A stretch of DNA of 64,000 bases, taken from contig CBDCVC010000002.1 of the NCBI GenBank assembly GCA_965222875.1, positions 1,172,723 to 1,236,722 of the forward strand, given 5' to 3'. Position 1 is the stretch's first letter. The number at the start of each line of letters is the position of its first letter. Source of the stretch: Candidatus Multivorans sp. Lineage in GTDB: Bacteria > Acidobacteriota > Thermoanaerobaculia > Multivoradales > Multivoraceae. Under the pieces are notes generated by a model. The model was given only the letters and a program-made list of their open reading frames with translations, was not told the DNA's origin and ran no database searches. Of the stretch, positions 8,976 through 18,776 are shown piece by piece. The position numbers were made by a program, and so were the translations under genes.

Positions 8976-10901
8976 TTAGGGGCTGTACCAGATCGGCGAC
9001 GACCAAGCCCGCTCCTGGATGGTAGACGGCATGTCCCGGCGTGGCTCGACGCCCTCTCGCAGCGCATCCCAGGTCGACCAACGGCAGGTCGGGTTCTCGA
9101 TCACCCGCACGTAGTAGAAGGCCCGATGCGCCGGGTCGAAGTCGGGGTCGGTCCACACGCCTTTGAGCTCGTTGGCCCCGACGTCCGCACTGATGGCGCA
9201 GGTGGCGAGATCGACGCTCGCCCCGTTGTCCGGGCAGCGGTGGGTGTCGGAGTCGACGGCCGCGCCGTCCGAGCAGGCGAGGTCGTAAACCATTTCCTCG
9301 CTGTTCCCGTTCTCCGACCAGCCCTTGATGATCTGTAGCCGGTCGAGCGGAGCGGCGAGCGGATCGCGCAGCGCCCAGGCCGCGAAGGTTGGTGCAGCCC
9401 CGTTCGAGGTGGAGAGGTCGCCACCCATCGGCACGCCTTCTGCGTAGGCTTTGGTGAGGAAATCGGGATCCTCGAGATCGGCGCTGGTGGTCCCCGCCCG
9501 AGAGAAGAAGCGCACACGAATGCGCGGACCCGACGTGGCGAAGGTTTCCTTGCGCCGAAAGGCCTGGAAGATCGCCTCGCGCGTGTTCTCCTCCGCCCAT
9601 GCGCCGGCGAGGCCCGACGCACCCCAGGTGTGGTAGTAGGTGTCGCGGTAAGTCCGGCCGGAGCCGTCGCCGGTGCGCGTGGAGGAGCCGGACCGCTCCG
9701 CGGGATCGCCGTAGCTGGCGATCTCTCCCGTGCCCGGCACCGAACCGCGCAACAGCGGCGTGGCGTCCAGAATGCCCGTTTTCGACCAGTAGTCGTCCTC
9801 CTCGAAGGAGCCGGCCGCGACATGGCTGTCGCTCGACCCGATCAGGCCGAGCTTGTACGGATTCAGCACGCCGCCGTCCGCGATCCCGAGGCCCCGTCGA
9901 TAGGCGTCACGCACGTAGCTGCCTTCTCGCGGCAGACTGAGGACCACAGACCCGATCCTGTACGGCATGATCTCGAATTCGGCCCACTCGTCATTGGGCG
10001 ACAGCGCCGGATGGGTGTCGGAGGTACCCTTGACCTGCGTGATCTCCACCACCGGCTCGTTGCGCGAGCGCAGTTCCGAGTAGGCATCGTCGATCGCACT
10101 ACCGCCAAAGTACTCGAGCTCGAACATGCGGCCCGCCGAGGCGTTCGAGTTGTGCGGAATGGCCAGCGAGTCGATGCCCTGGGCGCGCCACTCGTCCATT
10201 GAGGCCCAGAGATCTTCAGGGTTGGATGAATCGAAGCGGGTGAAGGGAACTGTGGGCGCCGCGGCGCCGCGGAAGATCACATTGCGGTGCAGGTTCGTTC
10301 CCCCTGCGCCGGAAGAGGTGTATTCGTAGCCGATGAAGGCGGTGAACGTCCCAGGATCGTTGTGCCGGTTGGCGGCCGCCTGGATCTCCTCCCACGCGTC
10401 GCGCACGATATCCATGTTCAGGTGCTCTTCGGTTCCCGGTTCTGCGTTCCAGTAGGGGCCTACGGCCATGAAGTTGGCGCGTCTCTCATCGGCCGAGCGT
10501 GCAGTGCGCACGCCCTCGGCAATGGGGTGATCGTAGGCTGGTGAAGCGGGATCGGTCATTGCCGCGAGCATGCCGAGATACCCGCCGTGATCGGCCACCG
10601 CCTGAAAGTCGAGTGGCCGGTCGAGTTTCATCTCGAAGCCTGCCGGATGCAGGATCGCGCCGCCCTTGGCGAACTCGTAGGCTGCGTTGGGATCTGCCGT
10701 GGTGCCGAAGACAAAGCCGTCGAGTGAGTAGCGTGTGTGTACATGGAGATCGCCGAAGTAGGCGTTCCGCGTCGGATTGGGCGCCGGGGTTGCAGCGTCG
10801 GGCACGGAGTCGGCCGCCGGCGCCTCGGCTGCCGGCTCCTCGCCGGGGCCGCAGCCGATGAGTAGAAGGGCGCCCATCAGTAGACCCTTCCCTGAGTTCA
10901 T
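8976..10901 (-). CDS. DUF3604 domain protein (PHP-like metallohydrolase fold), probable lipoprotein
   Basis: YFGDLHVHTRYSLD, AVADH, FIGYEYTS, NLHRNVIFRG, IPHNSN, EITQVKGTSDTHP, YYVRVIENPTCRWST, IQERAWSSPIWY; lipobox-like LLIGC. Confidence 0.9.
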   Translation of the reverse strand: MNSGKGLLMGALLLIGCGPGEEPAAEAPAADSVPDAATPAPNPTRNAYFGDLHVHTRYSLDGFVFGTTADPNAAYEFAKGGAILHPAGFEMKLDRPLDFQAVADHGGYLGMLAAMTDPASPAYDHPIAEGVRTARSADERRANFMAVGPYWNAEPGTEEHLNMDIVRDAWEEIQAAANRHNDPGTFTAFIGYEYTSSGAGGTNLHRNVIFRGAAAPTVPFTRFDSSNPEDLWASMDEWRAQGIDSLAIPHNSNASAGRMFELEYFGGSAIDDAYSELRSRNEPVVEITQVKGTSDTHPALSPNDEWAEFEIMPYRIGSVVLSLPREGSYVRDAYRRGLGIADGGVLNPYKLGLIGSSDSHVAAGSFEEDDYWSKTGILDATPLLRGSVPGTGEIASYGDPAERSGSSTRTGDGSGRTYRDTYYHTWGASGLAGAWAEENTREAIFQAFRRKETFATSGPRIRVRFFSRAGTTSADLEDPDFLTKAYAEGVPMGGDLSTSNGAAPTFAAWALRDPLAAPLDRLQIIKGWSENGNSEEMVYDLACSDGAAVDSDTHRCPDNGASVDLATCAISADVGANELKGVWTDPDFDPAHRAFYYVRVIENPTCRWSTWDALREGVEPRRDMPSTIQERAWSSPIWYSP

Positions 10902-11938
10902 CAGTACCCCAGTTTCTTGTCGATCACGTTACGCAGCGGACGGCCGTTGACAAAACGCTCGATGTTGTCGCGGAAGAGAATGACCCGCCGCTCAATCGAG
11001 TGATCGGACAGCGTCGCAATGTGCGGCGTGATCGCCACGTTGGGCATCGACCAGAGAGGATGACCGTCAGGCAGGGGCTCGGGGTCGGTCACATCGAGAC
11101 CCGCCGCGCGCACCTTGCCGGAACGCAACGCGGCCACGAGAGCGTCGGTGTCGATGATCGGGCCGCGTGACACGTTGACGACATAGACCCCGTCCTTCAT
11201 CAGCGCGAACTGCTCCTTGCCGAGCATGCCGTGGGAACGAGGGGTGTGCGGAACGCTGCTGAAGACGACGTCGGCCTGGGGCAAGAGCTCGTCGAGCTGG
11301 TCCGGCGTGCCGACGTAGGCAACATCCCGGCTCATTGGAATGTCCTTCGGATCGACCGCGATGACGCGCATCTCGAAGGCCGCAGCGCGCTGCGCGATCT
11401 GGCTGCCAATGCCCCCGAGGCCGATGATGAGAGCCGTCTTGCCCCGCAGTTCGATGATGGGAAGACGGTTTGCCCGGTTCCATGTCTCCTGCTCGTTGAA
11501 GAAGCGAACGTCGCGAGTGAGATTCAAGAGCAGGGCAAAGGCGTGATCGGCGATCTCAGGCCCCTGCAGGATCTTGGCGTTGGTCAACACGATGTCCGAA
11601 GCGACGAGTTCGTCGTAGCGCACCAGCCTCTCGACCCCGGCGCCCGCGGTTTGCAGCCAGCGCAGGCGCGGCCCGGCACGGAGAACCTCGTCGAGACCTG
11701 TTGGCGCCATGCCGATGACGGCATCGCACTGCCCCACTCTCTCCACCAGTTCCGCGTGATCACCGAAACGGATCATGCTCGCACCCTCCTGCTGCGCGAC
11801 CACATCGGCCACCTGATCGGCGAATCGCTCGGTCACGCAGAGCGCGACGTCCTGCGCGCGGGATGGCGTTTGCACCGAGAACGCGAGTGCAACAAGACAG
11901 CCGCCTACGGTACTCACGGTCGGAAACACTTTCGTCAT
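10901..11938 (-). CDS. D-2-hydroxyacid dehydrogenase family protein (NAD-binding)
   Basis: GLGGIG Rossmann motif, VNVSRG, AGLDVTDPEPLP, TPH; hydrophobic N-terminal leader. Confidence 0.92.
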   Translation of the reverse strand: MTKVFPTVSTVGGCLVALAFSVQTPSRAQDVALCVTERFADQVADVVAQQEGASMIRFGDHAELVERVGQCDAVIGMAPTGLDEVLRAGPRLRWLQTAGAGVERLVRYDELVASDIVLTNAKILQGPEIADHAFALLLNLTRDVRFFNEQETWNRANRLPIIELRGKTALIIGLGGIGSQIAQRAAAFEMRVIAVDPKDIPMSRDVAYVGTPDQLDELLPQADVVFSSVPHTPRSHGMLGKEQFALMKDGVYVVNVSRGPIIDTDALVAALRSGKVRAAGLDVTDPEPLPDGHPLWSMPNVAITPHIATLSDHSIERRVILFRDNIERFVNGRPLRNVIDKKLGY

Positions 11939-12004
11939 TGCTCACCTCCTCATGGAAATCACCATGGTCAATGTACCAACTCGATGCCAGGGCCCGGGCG
12001 GCCC

Positions 12005-13825
12005 TCATCGACGGCGCACACGGTCTCGAGCTTCTCCGTCGCGCTTGGGCAGAGCGAAGACGAAGAGGGTGTTGCCCGAGCTCGGGCGCAGCTCGGGGGT
12101 GAGCCCTGAACCAAGCGCCGCCGACCCAGGGCCGGTCGAGGCGACGACGTACTGCCGTCCGTCGACCCCATAGCTGATCGGAAAGCCGGAAACCGCCGAG
12201 CCGAGATTGATCTCCCACAAGACGTCGCCGGTTTCCTGGTCCAGAGCCTTGAAACGCCCGTTCGCATCGCCCACGAAGACCAGTCCGCCGCCGCTCGCAA
12301 ACAGCGCTTGGGTTCCGGCCCGCTGCTCGTGGGTCCAGATGATCTTTCCGGTCTTCACCGAAACGGCGTAGACGCTACCCAGTTGGTCGGTGCCGGGAGC
12401 GATCTGGTCTTCCACGTTGAGAGCGTAGAGGGCGAGACGTTCCTCCAGGCTGGCCGTCATTTGCGCGCAGGTGTTGCGCAGGGGGAAGAACATGCTGCCG
12501 GTCAGCGGGCTGTAAGCGCCGGCCTGCCAATCCCTGCCGCCGAAATAGCTCGGACAGACGAGGATGGTCTGGCCGAGCTCGGTGAACACCGTCTCGACGT
12601 TCTCGGTCACCTCTCCGGTGGCGCCGTCGATGTCGCTGATCACGTTCTGCGCCACGGTGGGGGTGGCCCAGAGAAACTCCCCGGTCTCGCGGTCGAGGGT
12701 GTAGACCACGCCGGTCTTGCCTGGAATCCCGGTCATCACCTTGCGCACCTCTCCCGGCTCGAGACGGGGGTTGATCCACCGCACCTCGCTCGGGTCGGGC
12801 GCGACCGCGGTGTCGACCAGGATGCGCTCGAAAGGGTGGTCGAGATCCCAGTGGTCGATGAGATGCTGGTAGTACCAGGCGATCTCGCCGGTGGCCACCT
12901 CGAGCGCCAGGGTGGAGTTGTGGTAGAGGTGCTCGTTCGTCGCGCCGCCGAGGAGGAACTTCGGCGCCGGCGAGGTCACCGACGTTCCGATGTAGAGGAG
13001 CTCGAGGGCGGGATCGTAGCTCGGCACCATCCAGGTGCCGACGTGCTTGCGATCCGCGAAGGGCACCTCGCCCCAGCTCTCGTCTCCCGGCTCGCCCGGC
13101 GCGGGAATGGTGCGCCGACGCCACAGCTCTCTGCCGCTGTGCGGATCGTGGGCGGTGACGACACACGCCTCCGGCCCGGCGAGGGGCCGGCAACTGCGCC
13201 CGGAGATCACCTTGCCGTCGGCGATGATGGGACCGGAGCCCTGAATCGCCGGATGCGTCCGATAGTCGAGGATCTCCGTGTCCCAGACCAGCTCCCCCGT
13301 CGTCGCGTCGAGGGCGAAGATGTGCTCGTCGTAGCTGGTATCGATGATCAACCTGCCGTAGATGGCCAGATTGCGGTTGTTGGCGCCGAGGCTGCCGACG
13401 TAGCTGGCAACGTCGTCGGGAAGGTCGCGGCGATGCTCCCAGATGAGGTCGCCGCTCACCGCATCGATCGCCTGAATGACATCCTTCGGGTTGGGCAGGT
13501 ACAGCACTCCGTCGTAGACCAGAGGAGTCCCCTGCTGACGACCCTCGCTCATGCCACGAGACCAGACGAGGCGCAGCTCGTCCACATTCTCGCGGTGGAT
13601 CTGGTCTAGCGGGCTGTAGCCCCAGCCGTCGAGGGTGCGGCGCCACATGAGCCAGTCGTCATCGCTGGGGTTCTGCAGCATCTCGTCGGTGACCGCGACG
13701 AACTCGTCGGCCGCCTGAACCTGGACGGCGACGGACGAGAGCGCCACCAGGAGAATCGAAACTGTGGCTAACTTGCTGGCCTGTCCAGCCTCGCGCTGAC
13801 TACAACCGGATGTCCAGGACATCAC
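12005..13825 (-). CDS. PQQ-binding beta-propeller dehydrogenase-like protein
   Basis: DWLMWRRTLDGWGYSPLDQI, repeated W-x beta-propeller motifs, WYYQH..DHWDLD, PISYGVDGRQYV; signal peptide. Confidence 0.9.
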   Translation of the reverse strand: MMSWTSGCSQREAGQASKLATVSILLVALSSVAVQVQAADEFVAVTDEMLQNPSDDDWLMWRRTLDGWGYSPLDQIHRENVDELRLVWSRGMSEGRQQGTPLVYDGVLYLPNPKDVIQAIDAVSGDLIWEHRRDLPDDVASYVGSLGANNRNLAIYGRLIIDTSYDEHIFALDATTGELVWDTEILDYRTHPAIQGSGPIIADGKVISGRSCRPLAGPEACVVTAHDPHSGRELWRRRTIPAPGEPGDESWGEVPFADRKHVGTWMVPSYDPALELLYIGTSVTSPAPKFLLGGATNEHLYHNSTLALEVATGEIAWYYQHLIDHWDLDHPFERILVDTAVAPDPSEVRWINPRLEPGEVRKVMTGIPGKTGVVYTLDRETGEFLWATPTVAQNVISDIDGATGEVTENVETVFTELGQTILVCPSYFGGRDWQAGAYSPLTGSMFFPLRNTCAQMTASLEERLALYALNVEDQIAPGTDQLGSVYAVSVKTGKIIWTHEQRAGTQALFASGGGLVFVGDANGRFKALDQETGDVLWEINLGSAVSGFPISYGVDGRQYVVASTGPGSAALGSGLTPELRPSSGNTLFVFALPKRDGEARDRVRRR

Positions 13826-14753
13826 TGAGATACTGGACGTTGTGGTCCACGTAGTCGGCCACGCTTCCTTCCCCGGGGCGTGGTCTGCCGTAGTCGAGGC
13901 TCACCCAGCCACTGAACTTCTTTTCTCGAAGGATCTTCACGAAAGCCACGAAATCCACACCGCCCGTACCCATCCTCTTGTAGAGGCCGGCCCGGCGGTG
14001 CTCGTCGCGAGAAGGTGTGCCGCCGCGGTACCCGCGGTACTTCGCCGATATGTCCTTCAAGTGGATGGCCGCTACGCGATCATAGTGCTTGCTGAGGAAC
14101 TTGACCGGGTCCATACCTGCAAGTGTCAGATGCGCAGTATCCGCGGTCAGGTAGACGTATCGCGGGTCGGTCAGCTCCAAGACGCGATCGACCTCCTCCT
14201 GCCGTTCGAAGGGTGACCAGAGGTGAGGGTGAGGGGCCAGCCGTACTCCAACTTCGGCGGTGCGCTTGCCCAGCTCGTTCAGGGCCTTCGCCATGGTCCG
14301 CAGTTGCTCGTCGCCGATCGTCCCTCCCTCACGTTGGGGGCCCACGTTGATCTTGAAATGCGAACAACCGAAGTGGGCAAGGAAATCACGGGCAAACGTG
14401 GCGTGTTCGGCGATCGTCTCCTTCACCTTGGAAGGATCGGTGAAGTTGTCGGCCATCGGTGCGCCACCATTGGAGCATGTCGCCATGCGAATGCCGGCCG
14501 CCTCCAGCAGCTCCGTGAGGGCCTGCGGCCGGTCGATGTACTTGAGGATGCTGCCCATGTAGGGCTCGATTCCCTCGAAGCCCAGGCGACCGCACTCGCG
14601 TATGGCTTCCTCGACGCTGTCGGGCCATATGTTCCCAACGTGGGCGACGCGGAACGTTCTCCCTGAGAGGGGGCGAGCAAACAGCCTTCCCTGTGCGGAG
14701 TGGAGAACCGTCGCCGCCAAGCCCGTGGCCAGGAACTCCCGTCGGTTCATCAT
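13800..14753 (-). CDS. Sugar phosphate isomerase/epimerase (AP endonuclease 2 TIM barrel, IolE-like), Tat-exported
   Basis: Tat motif NRREFL; metal ligands HPH, DTAH, HLKD, and G.GGVDF. Confidence 0.88.
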   Translation of the reverse strand: MMNRREFLATGLAATVLHSAQGRLFARPLSGRTFRVAHVGNIWPDSVEEAIRECGRLGFEGIEPYMGSILKYIDRPQALTELLEAAGIRMATCSNGGAPMADNFTDPSKVKETIAEHATFARDFLAHFGCSHFKINVGPQREGGTIGDEQLRTMAKALNELGKRTAEVGVRLAPHPHLWSPFERQEEVDRVLELTDPRYVYLTADTAHLTLAGMDPVKFLSKHYDRVAAIHLKDISAKYRGYRGGTPSRDEHRRAGLYKRMGTGGVDFVAFVKILREKKFSGWVSLDYGRPRPGEGSVADYVDHNVQYLSDVLDIRL

Positions 14754-14879
14754 GTTGGTGCCTCGCTTTCTTGTGAGGACGGAAGACCGCACTCGGGTTC
14801 CTGGTTTTCGCTGTCCTCCGAGGCGGCTTACGGGATTTCAGTGTACAGCCTGACCGGCATCATGCCAACCCGAGCGATC

Positions 14880-17471
14880 CTAGTTGGAATCACTGGCGAG
14901 GCTCTCGCCCACCCAGAACGGGCTCGACCACGCCATCGCGCCGTCAACCTGGCGCACCCGCACGTAGTAGTAGTCGCCGGGCTGCGGATTGTCGAGATCC
15001 AGGTATCGAAAGTCCTGATCGGCGTCGCCCAGGTCGCTGACCACCTGGACGGCGAGAGCGTCGGTGTGATCCAGCACTCGATACTCCCGTCGGTCGACCT
15101 GACCCCCGAGGCTTCCGAGCCTAAACGTTTCGACCCTGGCGGGAAGCCGCTGCGGCTCGCGCTGGTCGCTTCCTGTTCCGCGCAACTCCTGCGTCGACTC
15201 CATGTTCACGATCACGCGCGTGTCGGCGTCGGCGGCGCGCAGCCGAAGCAGAATCGCCGCACTGCGTCCTCGAGTGAGCATTTTGAACCGGATCTCATTC
15301 CCCGTCCGCTCCGTGTAGTAGGAACCCGGATGGCGGAACCAGGGGTCTTGGTGACCTACGATCTCCGCGCCCTCGACGCGAATGACGCCTAGCCACGGCC
15401 GACTACCCCGGGGGCCCCGACGATCGCCCACGACCTCGGTCGACGCCTCGAAGCTCACCTGGACGACCGCGTCGCTTGTCATAGCAGCCTCGAGGTACCG
15501 CTGCGAATACACGACGCGGCCGTTCTTGACCACATCGATGGCGTCGATCGGAGCCGTGCCGTGCACTCGGCATTCCAACTCTCTCCGGTTCGTGGCGGGC
15601 TGCTCCTGTCCCATGGGGACTCCATTGAGCCACGCGTCAAGGACAATGCGTTCGCCGGTGGTCGCATACGTCGCTCGACTGCGCAGCGCGTTGAAGATCG
15701 TTTCACCGGTGTTCTCCGCCGCCAGGACAGCGGCGAGCCCGCCCAGTTGCGTACCCGAAGACTGCCCGGGCCCGCCCATGAAGCCGTAACCCGGATGTCC
15801 CGTATGGTTGTCCGACGCGCCGACAAACCCGATCCGGAACCCGTTCTGCAAGTACCGGTTTCCGTACCAGTCGAACGTGCCGTGGCTGGACTGGATCTCG
15901 ACCAGCTTCTGCATCTCCCCGTCGCTGCGGGTCCAGTCGCCCGGCTGATGGGCGTGCGGAATGATCAGCACGTCGTCACTCCGGTTCGCAGCTCGCAGTT
16001 CCGCGTAGAGCTCGTCGAGCAGAGGCTTTCTTTGCGTGCCGACGCGTCGTCGTCCTGGCACGTCGCGGAAGAAGACGTTGTGGTGTCCGCCGTCGGCTGC
16101 CGTGGTTGTCCACTCGAACCCGAGAATCGGCGTGAATCGCCCTGGCGCGCGGTACTCCTCGGCAAGCTGTTGCAGCGTCCGCCATTCGCCGTCGTCGAGC
16201 CACCGGTCGTGCTCGGACAATGAGAGAAAGTCGAGTCGGGCTGCGTCACGCCCGAAGCGGAAGTAACCTTCTGCGGAACCCTGTCCCTCCGCCATCCCGG
16301 TGTGACCGTGCGTCTCTCCCCAGTAGATGCGCCGAGACGGGTTCCTTTCGACGAGGATGGGGTTGCCGGCCCCTTGCAAGGTCCCGTCGGCGGTGCGCAC
16401 CGCGAACCGATGGACGCCGGCGGAGCGGATGGCGACGTTCTCGATCTGCGCCAGCGCTTCCGACTCGGCCGAAAGCGTCCGGAAGGGCTCGCCGTCCAGC
16501 AGCACCTCCAATTCGCCTGGACCGGCGGACGCAACGTTGCGAAAGCGGTCCTCGGCGCGGACCGTCAGGGTGAACTCCTCGCCCGGTTCGACCACCGACG
16601 GCGCAATCGCGTTCAGGAAGCTCACTCTCTCCTCTCCGACGACCTCGAACGACGGCCAGTCGGGCCAAAGGAGCACGCCGTCTCCGTCCAGGTCCAGCAG
16701 GAACGGAAGGGGGACCTCGTCGTTGGACCACTCCTGCAGCTTCATGCCCGGCCCGCCGCCGGATCGATCCCCGTAGGTCACGGTCACCGTGTCTCCCTCT
16801 TGCAGAGTGGCGCCGCTCAGACGGAATCCGATCGCGGTTCCGGTAAGTCCAGCCGGGTAGGACGTCCATGGCTCGACGGCAGAGAGCCGGGCGTCCGGAT
16901 TCGAAGAGCGGACGGTGACGAAGTCGGCGTCAGTGGCGCGCGTGGAGAAGGCGCCGGTTCGCTTCCCCTTGGCGAGAATCAGCCCGCCGCCTTCGGCGAT
17001 CGGCCGCTCCCCGACGGTGTAGGTCTGCGTTACCGTGGCGTACCCTCCCGCTGGAAAGGGCCCCTCGGAAGAGATGGTCAGGCTGCCCAAGGCTCCAGGG
17101 TCCTCGTCCGGGACCTGGAGTTGCCGGACCATGTAGCCGATGAGATCGGAAATGCGGTCGACCGGGATTGGTTGACCGGCAAGCCCACGCAAGGCCCGGT
17201 TCAGGTAGGACGCGTTCTGAGGGAAGTCATCAGGGATGCGGCCGCGCTCTCGCGCGTATGCGTTCCCCCATTCCCAAAGAGTCCGGAACCTGGAGATTAG
17301 CTCGTCGACGTCGTCTGTCGGAACAGAGGCCTCTTCCACCAGCGCGTCGACTCGGGCGCGTAGCTCTTGCGACAGGTAGTCGCCCGAGCTGCGCCGGTCT
17401 TGAGCCGCTACGACCCCAGCAAGAAAAGCCAGAACGGTGATGGACGCGACGCGAAAGAATCTCATGAGCAC
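14880..17471 (-). CDS. Large DUF3604-like/PHP-fold secreted protein
   Basis: YWGETHGHT, LSEHD, GFEW, GHHNVFF, IPHAH, VEIQSSHG, GFVGASDNH, YYYVRVRQ.DG.MAWSSPFW; about 390 aa N-terminal extension. Confidence 0.8.
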   Translation of the reverse strand: MLMRFFRVASITVLAFLAGVVAAQDRRSSGDYLSQELRARVDALVEEASVPTDDVDELISRFRTLWEWGNAYARERGRIPDDFPQNASYLNRALRGLAGQPIPVDRISDLIGYMVRQLQVPDEDPGALGSLTISSEGPFPAGGYATVTQTYTVGERPIAEGGGLILAKGKRTGAFSTRATDADFVTVRSSNPDARLSAVEPWTSYPAGLTGTAIGFRLSGATLQEGDTVTVTYGDRSGGGPGMKLQEWSNDEVPLPFLLDLDGDGVLLWPDWPSFEVVGEERVSFLNAIAPSVVEPGEEFTLTVRAEDRFRNVASAGPGELEVLLDGEPFRTLSAESEALAQIENVAIRSAGVHRFAVRTADGTLQGAGNPILVERNPSRRIYWGETHGHTGMAEGQGSAEGYFRFGRDAARLDFLSLSEHDRWLDDGEWRTLQQLAEEYRAPGRFTPILGFEWTTTAADGGHHNVFFRDVPGRRRVGTQRKPLLDELYAELRAANRSDDVLIIPHAHQPGDWTRSDGEMQKLVEIQSSHGTFDWYGNRYLQNGFRIGFVGASDNHTGHPGYGFMGGPGQSSGTQLGGLAAVLAAENTGETIFNALRSRATYATTGERIVLDAWLNGVPMGQEQPATNRRELECRVHGTAPIDAIDVVKNGRVVYSQRYLEAAMTSDAVVQVSFEASTEVVGDRRGPRGSRPWLGVIRVEGAEIVGHQDPWFRHPGSYYTERTGNEIRFKMLTRGRSAAILLRLRAADADTRVIVNMESTQELRGTGSDQREPQRLPARVETFRLGSLGGQVDRREYRVLDHTDALAVQVVSDLGDADQDFRYLDLDNPQPGDYYYVRVRQVDGAMAWSSPFWVGESLASDSN

Positions 17472-17550
17472 GCTGAGTGCCCGATAGTGTACTAGACTCC
17501 TTGAATCGACCTGCGGAAGCCAGCCGACTCTGCCCTCTGGAGGATCTCAG

Positions 17551-18621
17551 ATGAGCCACCAATCCGAGACCCGGATCGCCTCGCTCCTCGTGGTCGCCAT
17601 GGCCGCGGTTGGAGTCGCTTTCGCGAGCGATATCCCTCGAACCGCCAGCGGCAAGCCCGATCTTTCGGGGAACTACGACATCGCTACCCTGACGCCGCTG
17701 CAGAGGAGTCCCGCGTTCGGAAACCGCCTCTTCCTCACCCCCGCCGAGGCCGAAGAGATCAGACGGAGCGCGGCCGAGAGAACAGCTCAACGCTCTAGCC
17801 CCAGCGATCCGAATCGCCAACCCCCGCCGTTCACCGGCCGACTAGGCGGTTACAACGAGTTCTTTCATGACCGCGGCACCGAGGCGGTTGCGGTCGACGG
17901 CAAGTACCGCACATCGCTCCTTACCGATCCGCCCGATGGCCGCCTTCCACCCCTCACCGAGAGAGGGCGCGAGCGTCGCAAGGGCCTCTACGTACGTCGG
18001 GATCTGGCGGACAAGAATGCGAGCCCCGCCTGGTGGCGCGATCTCGAAGCCGGCCCCTACGATGGGCCTGAATCGCTGTCGATCGCCGATCGCTGCATCT
18101 TTACGCTCGAGGCAACGATCCCGGTGCTGCCGAAGAACTACAACAACATCAAGACCATCGTGCAGACCGAGAGTCACGTGATGATCCTCATCGAGTGGAT
18201 GCACGAAGCGCGCGTCATTCGACTCAGCCCTTCGCGGGCCGAGGCCAGGCATCTGCCGCCGGAGGTTCGCTCACGCAGTGGCGATTCGGTCGGCTGGTGG
18301 GAGGGAGACACGCTGGTCGTCGATACGACCAACTTCCTGGAAGAGAGCTGGGGGACGGTCACCCTCTTCGGCGAGCCCTCCCCCCCGCACGATCAGCACG
18401 TCGTCGAGCGCTTCTCTCTCACCGACGAGAACACTCTTCTCTACCAATTCACCGTGGAGAGCGGTGACTGGGAGACGCTCTACAGCGGCGAGTACACCTG
18501 GCCCGCCACGAACGACAAGCTGTACGAGTTCGCCTGCCACGAAGGCAACTACTCGATGGGCAACACTCTCCGCGGCGCCCGCTTCCAAGAGAGTCGGGCC
18601 ACGCGGGAGTCGGGGCGGTAG
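17551..18621 (+). CDS. Conserved secreted hypothetical protein
   Basis: Signal peptide then DIPRTASGKPDLSG; GDSVGWWEGDTLVVDTTNF and YEFACHEGNYSM resemble a widespread uncharacterised periplasmic family. Confidence 0.8.
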   Translation: MSHQSETRIASLLVVAMAAVGVAFASDIPRTASGKPDLSGNYDIATLTPLQRSPAFGNRLFLTPAEAEEIRRSAAERTAQRSSPSDPNRQPPPFTGRLGGYNEFFHDRGTEAVAVDGKYRTSLLTDPPDGRLPPLTERGRERRKGLYVRRDLADKNASPAWWRDLEAGPYDGPESLSIADRCIFTLEATIPVLPKNYNNIKTIVQTESHVMILIEWMHEARVIRLSPSRAEARHLPPEVRSRSGDSVGWWEGDTLVVDTTNFLEESWGTVTLFGEPSPPHDQHVVERFSLTDENTLLYQFTVESGDWETLYSGEYTWPATNDKLYEFACHEGNYSMGNTLRGARFQESRATRESGR

Positions 18622-18776
18622 CGCAAGGTCGGAGCCGACCGCCTAGTAAGCCTCCGCGTAACGGGCACAGCGATCGTCGCGATCGAGATCTTTCATGATC
18701 TCGATCTCCGCCCGGTTCTTGGCGGGAGATGCAGCGGCTCGGGGTCGATACGGCGATGGCGACGGTTTCGGAGGTT

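Noticed and set aside
7560-9338. Long ORFs 7560-8768 (-), 7935-9338 (+) and 8134-8799 (+) with 43-aa repeats
   Set aside because: They stay open because the GC-rich repeat period is a multiple of 3; they overlap real genes and lack RBS or family motifs.
18660-18776. Possible gene tail (AKNRAEIEIMKDLDRDDRCARYAEAY*) interrupted by IS1634, and a target-site duplication
   Set aside because: No matching half is found on the other side of the IS and no convincing direct repeat beyond TA/TAG.
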